From Azolla caroliniana (lineage: Eukaryota > Plantae > Polypodiophyta), in contig JBHGNT010000001.1 of the NCBI GenBank assembly GCA_043228905.1, positions 13,330,001-13,394,000 on the forward strand: 64,000 bases of DNA, in the 5' to 3' direction. The translations under genes and the position numbers were made by a program. Shown here piece after piece: positions 12,490 to 25,755 of the stretch; the stretch's first letter is position 1, and each line of letters begins with the position of its first letter. The notes beneath the pieces were generated by a model. The model was given only the letters and a program-made list of their open reading frames with translations. It made no database searches and was not told the origin of the DNA.

Positions 12490-15400
12490 TCTTTATGTGT
12501 CTTTATTATGTGAAATGAAATGTTTTTGATCTCATAGGTAAAATATAAAACAATCTATCTATATGTCTTTGCACAACACCTCCGTTCTTTGTCACTCTTC
12601 ATTCCTATGACCATCATCCCTTTATTAATTCCAAAATTCGATTTTTCTCACGCATATAATATATCGGCAATGTTGCAAGCGCGACATCAAGTATTAGATG
12701 TTAGTCATCAATGGAAACTTATTATAGATGTTACCTTATGTCTAGGAACATCCATTTCTGTTTCTGTATCAAAGGAATATAGATGTTTTTCACACCTTCG
12801 ACCTTAGCTTAGTTGGTAGAGCGGAGGACTATTGTCGTGATTGTCATCCTTACGTTCTTGGTTCAAATCCGACTGGTCGGAACTCGACATTCGTTGTGAT
12901 TTCAACTATGCTTTCCTTGCATAAATTCCTTTCACAATCCCAATGTGCGCTCTCCTTTGCAACATTAATTGGAAAAGGTGTTAAACATCTAGATCTAGTG
13001 CTCTCTTTCACCCTTATTATGTGAAATGAAGTATTTTTCGTCTCATAGGTCAAATATAATACAATCTATCTATCTATATTTAGCCAACACCTCTGTCTTT
13101 GTCACTCCTTGTTCGTCTAAACATCGTCCCTATATTAAATCCAACATCTAGCTATGCTCACTAATATAATATATTTGCAACGTTGCACACTTGACATCAA
13201 GCATTAGATGTTACTCATCAATGGAAACTCAGTATAGATGTTGTGTTGTCTTTAGGAATGAACATTTTTGCTTCTATATTGGAGCAATATGGAGGCTTTA
13301 CCACACCTCCGACCTTAGTGCAGTTAGTAAGGCGGAGGACTGTAGTGTTGATTGTCATCCTTAGGTCGTTGGTTACGATTTCAACTATACTTTCCTTGCA
13401 TAAATTTCTTTCACAATGGCAATGTGTACTCTACATTGCAAAATTCATTGGTAAAGGTGTTGTACATGTAGATGTAGTGGTCACTTTTACCTTTATTATG
13501 TAAAATGAAATATAAATTTAGTCTTAAATTTACCATACCTCCGACCTTAGCTCAGTTGGTAGGGCGGAGGATCCTATAGTTGATTGTCATCCTGATGTCG
13601 TTGGTTCAATTCCGATAGGTCAAAATTCGAAGTTGGTAGCGATTACAACTATGGTTTGCTTGCATAAATTCCTTTCACAATCGCAATGTGCCCTCTCCAT
13701 TGCAACATTCATTGGAAAAGGTGTTGAACATCTAGATGTATTGCTCACTTTCACCCTTATTATGTGAAATGAAATATTTTTCATCTCATAGGTCAAATAT
13801 AATACAATCAATCTATCTATTTTTAGCCAATACCTCCATTCTTTGTCACTCCTTGGTCAACTGAATATTGTCCCTATATTAAATCCAACATCTGACTATG
13901 CTCACTAATATAATATATTTGCAACATTGTAGGCTTGACATCAAGCATTAGACGTTACTCATCAATGGAAACTTGGTATTGATGTTGTGTTGTCTCTAGG
14001 AATGTCCATTTTTGCTTATATATTGGAGCAATATCCAGGATTTACCACACATCTGACCTTAGATAAGTTGCTAGAGTGGAGGACTGTAGTGTTTATTGAC
14101 ATCCTTAGGTCATTGGTTCAAATCCGAGAGGTCGGAACTCGAAGTTGGTTGTGATTTCCCCTATGGTTTCCTGTCATAAATTCCTTTGACAATGACAATG
14201 TGCAATTTGCATTGCAACAATCATTGGTAAATGTGTTGTAGATGTAGAGGTCACTTTTACCTTTATTATGTAAAATAAAATATAAATTTCATCTTAAAGT
14301 TCAAATATAATACAATCTATCGATTTATCTTTGCACAACACCTCCGTTGTTTGGCACTCCTCGTTTGTTTGTGTATCATCCCTTTATTTAATCTAAAATC
14401 TGACATTGCTGATGCAGTTAATAATTATGCAACTTTGTAAGCTCGACATCAAGTATTATATGTTAGCTATCAACGGAAACGGTTTATTCATGTTGCGTTC
14501 TCGCTAGGATCATCCCTATATAAAATCCAACATCTGACTATGCTCACTAATATAATATATATGCAATGTTGCAAGCTTGACAGAAAGCATTAGATGTTAC
14601 TCATCAATGGAAACTTGGTATAGATGTTGTGTTGTCTCTAGGAACGTCCATGTTTACTTCTATATTGGAGCAATATTGAGGCTTTACCACACCTGTAGTG
14701 TTGATTGTCATCTTGAGGTCGTTGGTTCAAATCCGATAGCCCGGAACTCGAAGTTGGTCTCAATTTCAACTACGCTTTCCTTGCATAGATTCCTTTAACA
14801 AGGGCAATGTGCAGTTTGCATTACAACATTCATTGGTAAAGATGTTGTAAAATGATATATAAAATTTACAACACTTTTACCTTTATTATGTAAAATGAAA
14901 TATAAATTTGGGCATAAACTTCAAATATAATACAATCTATCTAGTATCTATCTTTGCACAACACCTCCGTTATTTTTCACTCCTTGTTCGTTTGAACATC
15001 ATCCCTATATTAAATCCAACATCTGACTATGCTCCCTAATATAATATATTTGCAACTATAGGCTTGACATGAAGCATTGGATGTTACTCATCAATGGAAA
15101 CTTGGTAGCAATGTTGTTTTGTCTCATGGAACGCCCATTTTAGCTTCTATATTAGAGCAATATCCAAGCTATACCACACCTCCGACCTTAGCTCAGTTGG
15201 TAGAGCGAAGGTCTGTAGTGTTGATTGACATCCTTGAGTTGTTGGTTCAAATCTGATAGGTCGGAACACGAAGTTGGTTGCTATTTGGACTATGCTTTCC
15301 TTGCATAAATTCGTTTCACAATCGCAATGTGCGCTCTCCATTGCAACATTCATTCTTAAAGGTTTGAACATCTAGATCGAGTGCTCACATTCACCCTTAT

Positions 15401-17477
15401 TATGTGAAATGGAATATTTTTCAGTCTCATAAGTCAAATATAATACAATCTATCTATCTATGTTTAGCCAACTCCTCCGTTCTTTAGCATTCCTTGTTCG
15501 TCTGAACATCTCCCATATATTAAATCCAACATCTGACAATGCTCAGTAATATAATATATTTGTAACGTTGCAGGATTGACATCAAATATTAGATGTTACT
15601 CATGAATGGAAACTTGGTATAGATATTGTGTTGTCTCTAGGAACACCCATTTTTGCTTCTATATTGAAGCAATATAGAGTTTTTCCACATCTCCGACCTT
15701 AGCATAGTTGGTAGAGCAAAGGCTTGTAGTGTTGATTGTCATCCTTAGGCCGTTGGTTCATAGCAAACAGATCGGAAGTCTAAGTTGATTGCGATTTCAA
15801 CCATGCTTTTCTTGCATCAATTCCTTTCACAACGGCAATGTGCACTCTGCATTGCAATATTTATTGGTAAAGGTGTTGTACATGTAGATGTAGCGGTAAC
15901 TTTTACCTTTATATGTAAAATGAAATATAAATTCCATCTTAAAGGTAAAATATAATACACTGTATCTATTTATCTTTGAACAACACCTTTGTTCTTTGTG
16001 ACTCATCCATTTAATAATTATGCAACATTGCAAGCTCGACATCAAGCATTATATGTTAGCTATCAATGGAAACATTTTATTCATGTTGCGTTCTCGCTAG
16101 GAACATCCATCAATAATTGCTTCTATATTGGATCAATACGAAGTCTTTCAGACAACTTTCACCTTAGCTCAGTTGGTGGAGCAAAGGATTGTAGTTTTGA
16201 TTGTCATCCTGAGGTCGTTGGTTCAAATTCGACAGGTCAGAACTCTTAAGTTAGTTGCGATTTCTACTATGCTTTACTTGCATGAATTTCTTCCACAATC
16301 GCAATGTGCAATCTCCATTACAACATTCATTGGTAAAGGTTTTGAACACCTAGATCTAGCACCCACTTTCACCTTATTATGTGAAATAAACTATTTTCTG
16401 TCTCATAGGTCAAATATTGTGAAATGCACATAAGAGATCAAACCAGTCTACTTAGCTTCTTACTTCTTAATCAATTTATAGTTGATACAACGGAACCCAT
16501 TTGGGTTGGCTTCGCTAAAAAGGGTGTGCTAAAAGGGTGGGTCATTTTGGGCACACGGATCCTAAAAAGGGTGTGCTAAAAGGGTGGCACAAAGGAACAC
16601 ATGCACACCACAATATAATACAATCTATCTATGTATCTATAGCCAACACCTCCGTTCTTTGTTAGTCCTTGTTCGTCTGTACAACGTTCCTATATTAAAT
16701 CCAACATCTCAGTATGCTAACTAATATAATATATTTACAACGTTGTAGGCTTGACATCAAGCATTAGATGTTACTCATCAATGGAAACTTTGTATAGATG
16801 TTACGCACATTTTCGCTTCTATATTAGGGCAATATCCAGGTTTTATCACACATCTGACCTTTGCTCAGTTGGTAGAGCGGAGGAGCCTACAATAGATTGT
16901 CATCCTTAGGTCGTTGGTTCAAATCCAACAGGTCAGAACTCGATGTTGGTAGGGATTTCAACTATGCTTTGCTTGCATAAATTCCTTTCACAATCGCAAT
17001 GTGCACTCTCCATTGCAACATTCATTGGAAAAGGTGTTGAAAATCTAGATCGAGAGCTCACTTTCACCCTTATTAGGTGAAATGAAATATTTTTCATCTC
17101 AGAGGTCAAATATAATACAATCTATCTATCTATGTTTAGCGAACACCTCCGTTCTTTGTCACTCCTTGGTTGACTGAACATCGTCCCTATATTAAATCCA
17201 ACATTTGATATGCTCACTAATATAATATATTTGCAACATTCTAGGCTTGACATCAAGCATTAGAATACAAAGTCTTTCACATAGCTTTCACCTTAGATTA
17301 GTTGGTAGACCGGAGGATTGTAGTGTTGATTGTCATCCTGAGGTCGTTCGTTAAAATCCGACAAATTGGACCTTGAAGTTGGTTGTGATTTCAACTATGG
17401 TTCACTTGCATAAATTTCTTCCACAATCGCAATCTCCGCTCTCCATTGCAACATTCATTGGCAAAAGTTTTGAACAT
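12490..17477 (+). repeat. Diverged left flank of the tRNA-Tyr tandem array (~10 degenerate copies, ~0.5-kb monomers)
   Basis: Recurring CCGACCTTAGCTCAGTTGGTAGAGC...ATCCTTAGGTCGTTGGTTCAAATCCGACAGGTCGGA variants at ~12798, 13309, 13540, 14052, 14693, 15182, 15693, 16159, 16854 and 17289, with shared spacers. Confidence 0.92.
16418..16612. mobile_element. 195-bp insertion in the array (mini solo LTR or MITE)
   Basis: Interrupts the spacer consensus GGTCAAATATAATAC. TGTG...CACA ends, 4-bp TSD ATAT, internal duplicated AAAAAGGGTGTGCTAAAAGGGTGG. Confidence 0.65.
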
Positions 17478-17844
17478 AACATGCCCGCGTTCACAAGTGG
17501 AAGGATCGCGCATAAATGGAAGGATAAGGAAAATTTTGGTTGATTTTAGGGCTTTTTCAATGATTTTACAAAACACATTGATACCACTATCGTACATGTT
17601 CAAACATACTATGAAAAGGTTAAAAATCCACTATTTTCGTGATTTAGAAGTAACTAAAAAAAGAGGAATTTCAAAAAGTTACATTCTCAATTTATATCAG
17701 AAACTTTACAACCAATGTTATTTTATAAGAAACGATTTTTTAGAAATCATAAGAATTCAAAACACATGCTTTTATATTACTCGATTTGTTACAAGCGGAA
17801 TGTATTTACACTTAATAGCCAAAAATACATTCATGATCATTCCT

Positions 17845-20630
17845 TTACGGAGAATCACTACTATAACTAATATACAATGACGATTCCTCTTCGTCATCCT
17901 CGGATGTACCAATCAGTGCATTATCTTCGTCATAAACCAAATGGTTTGACTCTAGATTATATGTAGCAGATCTCGTTTGCCTTTGACTCGAGCCACCTTG
18001 TAGACCTGGTAAATTTTTCTTTTATTATATCTATTGTTGACTTCCTTAATCGTTCGGCTTTTGTAAGCGTGAAGTCGTACACGATGATATCCACATCAGA
18101 GATATCAAGGGTAGAGGTGTTACGAAGGTTTCACTTCCTCTTCCTACCTCCCCTTCTTGTTGGGCATTCAATCATCTCCAAAGTATACTTACCTGTAAAA
18201 GCATTTGCACTTCTAGTGTTGTACCAATGAACGTTTATAGACTTGATAGTGTTTTCTATTTCATGCATTAACACTTCTAGAATTTTACCAACCCAAAATT
18301 GGTGGCCATGTGAATTCTCATCAGCCGGCGTTGCAATCAACATCCCCACAATGAGCTCTTGCAAATTGCCTTGCCATCTAGCTTCGGTTGCTTTGGTCAT
18401 CCTTGGTCCCACATAAATGTCTCTTTGTTGTGGATGACCAAACTGTCATTAATCGCATTTGCTGGTTGCTCTAGAGTTCTATTTACACGATCGTGTTGCA
18501 GCGACCATGTGAATGGCATTTCCAAATTCCAATTATCACCAAATACACAATTGTCTATAATTCCTTTTTGATCACTATAAAATACATCCCACCATGACGT
18601 GTCTTGTTGTGCGGCATATTTCTTGGCGGCCTCAACATGCTTTCTTTTTTCTTCTAAGACTTGGAGCCATAACCGTTTTTGTTTCGATACCAAGTCACTT
18701 TGCAACTGTCCTTTCTTCTCAATTGGCATTTGCTTAGCTCTATGGACAATTTTACTCGGCATACAAAGTAATAACTAGCAACCACCTTCAGGTTCCCATG
18801 TTGTAGAAGATGAATATTGTTTAGCATACAAAAGTGTAGAACCACTTATTTCATTTTTCTTTCTCATAAAAATGTGATTGAAGCTTATATTGTTTAATTG
18901 GGCAAGCACTTTAACATTCCCAACACCCCCATCTAATATATATATCTTAAAGTCATATACCTCCTTCAAGTGTAACACTTTTGGGCGTGGTGTATATGCA
19001 TCACAAATGACATCAAATAGTTTAAGTAATGTGAAAGCATCATGCCGAGACAACTGTCTGGAGAATGTGCTAAACATTTGATCTATATGATCATGTGTGT
19101 GGCCAACCAAAAGAAAATTGACTTTCACTTTCCTAAACAATCCTTGGTTGACCAACATACTTAGATAGCCAAACACAGTTGAATTTTTGTTCTCTCTAGC
19201 AGTATTGTCCAATTGAATGTATAGAACAGGGGGGAAAGGTTGGCCCCAAGACATCAAAACTCGGTGAATCATTATAATTGTTAGGTTAGGGTCATTGTGA
19301 ACATTGGGGTATGTAATGAAGACGTGAGATCCAATAGACCTATTATAATCCAAGCATTCCACCAAGTGCATTTGAACAAGGCATTCATCATTGACGTCTT
19401 TCGGGAGCCTCCGCATATGCGGCAAGCACATCTTCTTCTGGTCCATGCCATCTATCATTAAGCATATGTATTGTTCGGGCCTCTTCAAACACTTCTCTCT
19501 ATGATGCATCACCTTCTTTCGTTCTAATGATTGTGTCTCACGATGCTCTTGTACTAACTTCTTACTCATATCCTTTTCCATTGATGTCTTTGCACCTTTA
19601 GCCAAACTTTTAAGATTTGCACAAATGGAGCAATATCCCATGCGTACTTTACGTGGAATGATAACATTTGAAAACCGAGCTCTCCATAATCTTGTGAATT
19701 GGCTATATGTGACAAACTTATTACGTGAGCCCACCATATCAGATCGATAGACATCATAAACTTCCCGACGTGTGTAATTATCAGAAAGGAGCATCCTACC
19801 TGTAGTGGGCATTACTTCACAATTTAACTGAAAGTAAGTTTTCATCCAACCAATAGCATGTCTTCCAATTGCACCTTTCATACTTGGAACCTCTTTACAA
19901 TTGAGCATCTGGTCCCCGCTAAGTAGACGTTGTTGTACTCTATGTAGCCGCATGTTACTAACACATAACACAATTTTAAATGTAACTCTACATATTTGTT
20001 GCGCATGGAAGATATAATACTCGAATGATACTTTGATCCCCGTACATTTGTCAGACACTAGTTGCATATGTGACCCGAGGTAAGTGTCTTGCTCATCACC
20101 AGTCATCGAAAAATAGTATTGCCTTAATTCTCGCAACTTTGATTTTCCAATCATAGACATACAACCACGGGCACAACATATTTTTTTGACATCAAATCTA
20201 ATCTATTATCTGATGTCACCAAGTTAAATCTAGCCAGACGAATTCTTCGTGGGATTCTTCTAATATGCATAGGGCTTCCGGATTTCTCTTCCTGCATAGA
20301 AGTTGGTGTAACATTGTTACTATCCAATTCTTTGTTGTGACCATCGCCCATGATATTCGATGTTTCATTGGCACTACCTTCATTCTCCATATCTTTATTA
20401 ATCTCGTATTCTTCAATAGAGAACTCTTCACATGTGTCATTATTCACTCTCGTTGTAGGTGAAGATGAGCTTAGACAATACTCTTCGATAGAATATGGTG
20501 AGTTTGTCGACAGACAATATTCCTCAATAGAAAATGGTGAGTCTGATGACAAACAATACTCTTCGGTAGAAAACGAAGAGTCTGATGACAAACAATATTC
20601 TTCAATCGAGAACGGTGAATCTTCACTCAT
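17845..20630 (-). pseudogene. Frameshifted Sola-like DDD transposase with N-terminal 13-aa repeats and a C-terminal beta-barrel-like domain
   Basis: ORF pieces 20630-20151, 20160-18775, 18762-18397, 18412-18131. Motifs CSIC, IDGMDQKK, QLDNTARENKN, FLLVGHTHDHIDQMFS. Confidence 0.85.
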
Positions 20631-21525
20631 GGCTTAAGGTCCACACAGAGCTGTTTAAGTTATGTGCTTAGGCTAGCATAAAAAATTGATAAGCTCCTCT
20701 CTAAACATAAACTTCTCTCTAAACAGAAGTTCCCCCAATATAATGTCTATATTATTTAATATTACATTAATACAATACATAAAGATATTATTTTAAATAT
20801 AATAATTGTATTCAACATATTAATAATTACTTAAACTAGTCTGTATAAAGTTAAATCAAGTAAAATATAATTACAATCATTACCAAGCCATATATATGTT
20901 GGATTAAAGTAAAAATCATTGGTTAATTAATGTCACCCATATTTAATATAGAACTTCTCAGTCATTGGTTCATTAATGCCCACCATTTTAAATATAAGAC
21001 TTTTCAATCATTGGTTCATTCATGCCCACATCTTTAATACAAAGCAATTAAGAGTCATAAAAATGTTCATTTCACTAATCAATCATTGGTTCATTCATGA
21101 ACCTCTATCATTGTTTCCTTCATGACCTTCAAAGTCATTCTAAGTTATTTTGACTATAAAATATTCATAAATATGTTAGTTTGACTTTGTAATCATTAAT
21201 GCAATCATAAGTTACTAAGGTTAATGTGACTGTGGTTACTAACTAACTAACCTCACGCTTGCCAACCTTGGTTAAGCTGACTATGGTTACTTCAATCCCT
21301 CTAAATAGGAAGACCTTGTCATATTTCACTCACACGAAACACAAGAGCACAAAAGAGCACACAACAAACAAAGCAAACAGAGCACACAGAGCACAAAGCA
21401 CAATAACGAGATCTCCGCCTAAGAATCGACAAAAATCAACCATGTCTTCAAAGAAAATCGGGCGCTAGGACTCCAGGTAAGCCTCTGACACTGTGGACAT
21501 TTTTGTAAATATGTTTTAACAATAC

Positions 21526-21696
21526 GAACTCGATACGCCGTATCGAGTTCCTGTATAAAACACAAACAATATACATGAACTCAATACGACGTATTGAGTT
21601 CTTGTGTGATGTTTAGGTTTTATACAGGAACTCAATACGGCGTATCGAGTTCTTGTATTATGTTTGTGTTTTATACAGGAACTCGATACGACGTAT
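21526..21696. repeat. Four 25-bp palindromes GAACTCRATACG-N-CGTATYGAGTTC at a 51-bp period
   Basis: Copies start at 21526, 21577, 21628 and 21679; the last is truncated at the deletion breakpoint. Confidence 0.9.
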
Positions 21697-22894
21697 GTTG
21701 TTTGTCTGAACATCATCCCTATATAAAATCCAACATCTGACAATGCTCACTAATATAATATATCTGCAATGTTCTAGGCTTGACATTGACATTCAACATT
21801 AGATGTTATTCATCAATCAAAACTTGGTACAGATGTTGTGTCCATTTTTGAGTCTATAATTGAGAAATATGGAAGCTTTTCCACACCTCCGACCTTACCT
21901 CAGTTGGTAGAGCGGAGGACTGTAGTGTTCATTGTCATCCTTAGGTCATTGGTTCAAATCCGACAGGTCGGAACTCAAAGTTGCTTGCGATTTTAGCTTT
22001 TATGATTTCCTTGCATAAATTCCTTTGACAATGGCAATGTGCACTCTGCATTCCAACATTCATCGGTAAAGGTGTTTTGCATGTAGATGTAATGGTCATT
22101 TTTACCTTTATTATGTAGAATGAAATATAAATTCCGTCTTAAATGTCACACCTAATAGAATCTATCGATTTATCTTTCCACAACACCTCTGTTCTTTGTC
22201 ACTTCCCGTTTATATGAGTATCGTCCCTTTATTAAATCAAAAATTTGACTTTGCTCTAAACCATTGAACAGGTTTGCAATATTGCAAGCTCGAAATCAAG
22301 TATTATATGTAAGCTATCAATGGAAACATGTTATTCATGTTGCGTTGTCGCTAGGAACATCCATCCATCATTGCTTCTATATTAGATGAATACGAAGTCT
22401 TTCACACAACTTTTAGCTTAGCTTAGTTGGTACAATGGAGGATTGTGTTGTTGATTGCCATTCTTAGGTCGTTGGTTACAATCCAATAGTTGGTTGCAAT
22501 TTCAACTATGCTTTCTCTGCATCAATTCCTTTCAGAATCGCACTGTGTGGTCTCCATTGCAACATTCATGGGAAAAGGTGTTGAACATCTAGATCTAGTG
22601 CTCACTTTCACCCTTATTACGTGAAATGAAATATTGTTCGTCTCAGAGGTCAAATATAATACAATCTATCTATCTATCTTTAAGTAGTATCTCCGTTCGT
22701 TGTAACCCCTTGTTAGTCTAAACATCATCCCTATATAAAATCCAGTATTTGACAATGCTCACTAATATAATATATCTGCAATGTTGGAAGCTTGACATTG
22801 AGCATTACATGTTAGTCATTAATCAAAACCTGGTATAGATGTTGTGTCCATTTTTGCGTCTATAATTGAGAAATATGGAAGCTTTTCCACACTT

Positions 22895-22978
22895 CCGATC
22901 TTAGCTCAGTTGGTAGAGCGGAGGACTGTAGTGTTCATTGTCATCCTTAGGTCGTTGGTTCAAATCCGACAGGTCGGA
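22895..22978 (+). tRNA. tRNA-Tyr(GTA), 11-nt intron, C5>T variant (G-U pair in acceptor stem)
   Basis: CCGATCTTAGCTCAGTTGGTAGAGCGGAGGACTGTAG-tgttcattgtc-ATCCTTAGGTCGTTGGTTCAAATCCGACAGGTCGGA; A and B boxes intact. Confidence 0.78.
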
Positions 22979-23900
22979 ACTCGAAGTTGCTTGGGATTTT
23001 AGCTTTTATGATTTCCTTGCATAAATTCCTTTTACAATGGCATTGTGCACTCTGCATTCCAACATTCATCGATATAGGTATTTTACATTTAGATGTAATG
23101 GTCATTTTTACCTTTATTATGTAGAATGAAATATAAATTTCGTCTTAAATGTCACACCTAATAGAATCTATCGATTTATCTTTGCACAACACCTCCGTTC
23201 TTTGTAACTTCCCGTTTACCTGAGTATCCTCCCTTTATTAAATCAAAAATTTGATTTTCCTCTTAACCATTTGATAGGTTTGCAACATTGCAAGCTTGAA
23301 ATCAAGTATTATATGTAAGCTATCAATGGAAACATGTTATTCATGTTGCGTTGTTGATAGGAACATCCATCCATCATTGCTTCTATATTGGATGAATACG
23401 AAGTCTTTCACACAACTTTAAGCTTAGCTTAGTTGGTAGAGCGGAGGATTGTGTTGTTGATTTCCATCCTTAGGTCGTTGGTTACAATCCGACAGTTGGT
23501 TGCAATTTCAACTATGCTTTCTTTGCATAAATTCCTTTCACAATCGCAATGTGTGGTCTCCATTGCAACATTAATGGGAAAAGGTGTTAAACATCTAGAT
23601 CTAGTGCTCACTTTCACCTTTATTACTTGAAATGAAATATTGGTCGTCTCAGAGGTAAAATATAATACAATCTATCTATCTATCTTTAAGCAATCCCTCC
23701 GTTCGTTTTAACCCCTTGTTCGTCTAAACATCATCCCTATATAAAATCCAGCATATGACAATGCTCACTAATATAATATATCTGCAATGTTGTAGGCTTG
23801 ACATTCAGCATTAGATGTTAGTCATCAATCAAAACTCGATATAAATGTTGTGTCCATTTTTGCGTCTATAACGGAGAAATATGGAAGCTTTTCCACACCT

Positions 23901-23984
23901 CCGACCTTAGCTCAGTTGGTAGAGCGGAGGACTGTAGTGCTCATTGTCATCCTTAGGTCGTTGGTTCAAATCCGACAGGTCGGA
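23901..23984 (+). tRNA. tRNA-Tyr(GTA), intron 23938-23948, apparently intact
   Basis: Full cloverleaf (CCGACCT/AGGTCGG acceptor, GTTGG/CCGAC T-stem), C32-intron G pair, upstream TATAA at about -33, downstream TTTT. Confidence 0.88.
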
Positions 23985-24665
23985 ACTCAAAGTTGCTTGC
24001 GATTTCAGCTTTTATGATTTCCTTGCATAAATTCCTTTTCCAATGGCAATGTGCACTCTGCATTGCAACATTCTTCGGTAAAGGTGTTTTACATGTAGAT
24101 GTAATGGTCATTTCTACCTTTATTATGTAGAATGAAATATAAATTCCGTCTTAAATGTCACACCTAATAGAATCTATCGATTTATCTTTGCACAACACTT
24201 CTGTTCTTTGTCACTTCCCCTTTGATTGCCATCCTTAGGTCGTTGGTTACAATCCGACAGTTGGTTGCAATTTCAACTATGCTTTCTTTGCATAAATTCC
24301 TTTCACAATCGCAATGTGTGGTGTCCATTGCAACATTCATGGGAAAAGGTGTTGAACATCTAGATCTAGTGCTCACTTTCACCCTTATTACTTGAAATGA
24401 AATATTTGTCGTCTTAGAGGTCAAATATAATACAATCTATCTATCTATCTTTAAGTAGTATCTCCGTTCGTTGTAACCCCTTGTTCGTCTAAACATCATC
24501 CCTATATAAAATCCAGTATTTGACAATGCTCACTAATATAATATATCTGCAATGTTGGAAGCTTGACATTGAGCATTACATGTTAGTCATTAATCAAAAC
24601 CTGGTATAGATGTTGTGTCCATTTTTGCGTCTATAATTGAGAAATATGGAAGCTTTTCCACACTT

Positions 24666-24749
24666 CCGATCTTAGCTCAGTTGGTAGAGCGGAGGACTGT
24701 AGTGTTCATTGTCATCCTTAGGTCGTTGGTTCAAATCCGACAGGTCGGA
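24666..24749 (+). tRNA. tRNA-Tyr(GTA), intron-containing, C5>T variant
   Basis: Same sequence as the 22895 copy. Confidence 0.78.
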
Positions 24750-25671
24750 ACTCGAAGTTGCTTGGGATTTTAGCTTTTATGATTTCCTTGCATAAATTCC
24801 TTTTACAATGGCATTGTGCACTCTGCATTGCAACATTCATCGATATAGGTATTTTACATTTAGATGTAATGGTCATTTTTACCTTTATTATGTAGAATGA
24901 AATATAAATTTCGTCTTAAATGTCACACCTAATAGAATCTATCGATTTATCTTTGCACAACACCTCCGTTCTTTGTAACTTCCCGTTTACCTGAGTATCC
25001 TCCCTTTATTAAATAAAAAATTTGATTTTCCTCTTAACCATTTGATAGGTTTGCAACATTGCAAGCTTGAAATCAAGTATTATATGTAAGCTATCAATGG
25101 AAACATGTTATTCATGTTGCGTTGTTGCTAGGAACATCCATCCATCATTGCTTCTATATTGGATGAATACGAAGTCTTTCACACAACTTTCAGCTTAGCT
25201 TAGTTGGTAGAGCGGAGGATTGTGTTGTTGATTTCCATCCTTAGGTCGTTGGTTACAATCCGACAGTTGGTTGCAATTTCAACTATGCTTTCTTTGCATA
25301 AATTCCTTTCACAATCGCAATGTGTGGTCTCCATTGCAACATTAATGGGAAAAGGTGTTAAACATCTAGATCTAGTGCTCACTTTCACCTTTATTACTTG
25401 AAATGAAATATTGGTCGTCTCAGAGGTAAAATATAATACAATCTATCTATCTATCTTTAAGCAATCCCTCCGTTCGTTTTAACCCCTTGTTCGTCTAAAC
25501 ATCATCCCTATATAAAATCCAGCATATGACAATGCTCACTAATATAATATATCTGCAATGTTGTAGGCTTGACATTCAGCATTAGATGTTAGTCATCAAT
25601 CAAAACTCGATATAAATGTTGTGTCCATTTTTGCGTCTATAACGGAGAAATATGGAAGCTTTTCCACACCT

Positions 25672-25755
25672 CCGACCTTAGCTCAGTTGGTAGAGCGGAG
25701 GACTGTAGTGCTCATTGTCATCCTTAGGTCGTTGGTTCAAATCCGACAGGTCGGA
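25672..25755 (+). tRNA. tRNA-Tyr(GTA), intron-containing, apparently intact
   Basis: Same sequence as the 23901 copy. Confidence 0.88.

Larger units (their letters stand above)
17478..21696 (-). mobile_element. Truncated Sola-like DDD DNA transposon (family 1) inserted in the tRNA-Tyr array
   Basis: Array sequence stops at ...TTGAACAT and the element starts AACA, like the 45050 element. Contains a transposase homologous to 45377-48049. Right TIR not found; the array resumes at ~21697. Confidence 0.78.

Noticed and set aside
21526-21696. CRISPR-like look of regularly spaced palindromic repeats
   Set aside because: Spacers are related to one another rather than unique, there are no cas genes, and the context is a eukaryotic transposon intron.
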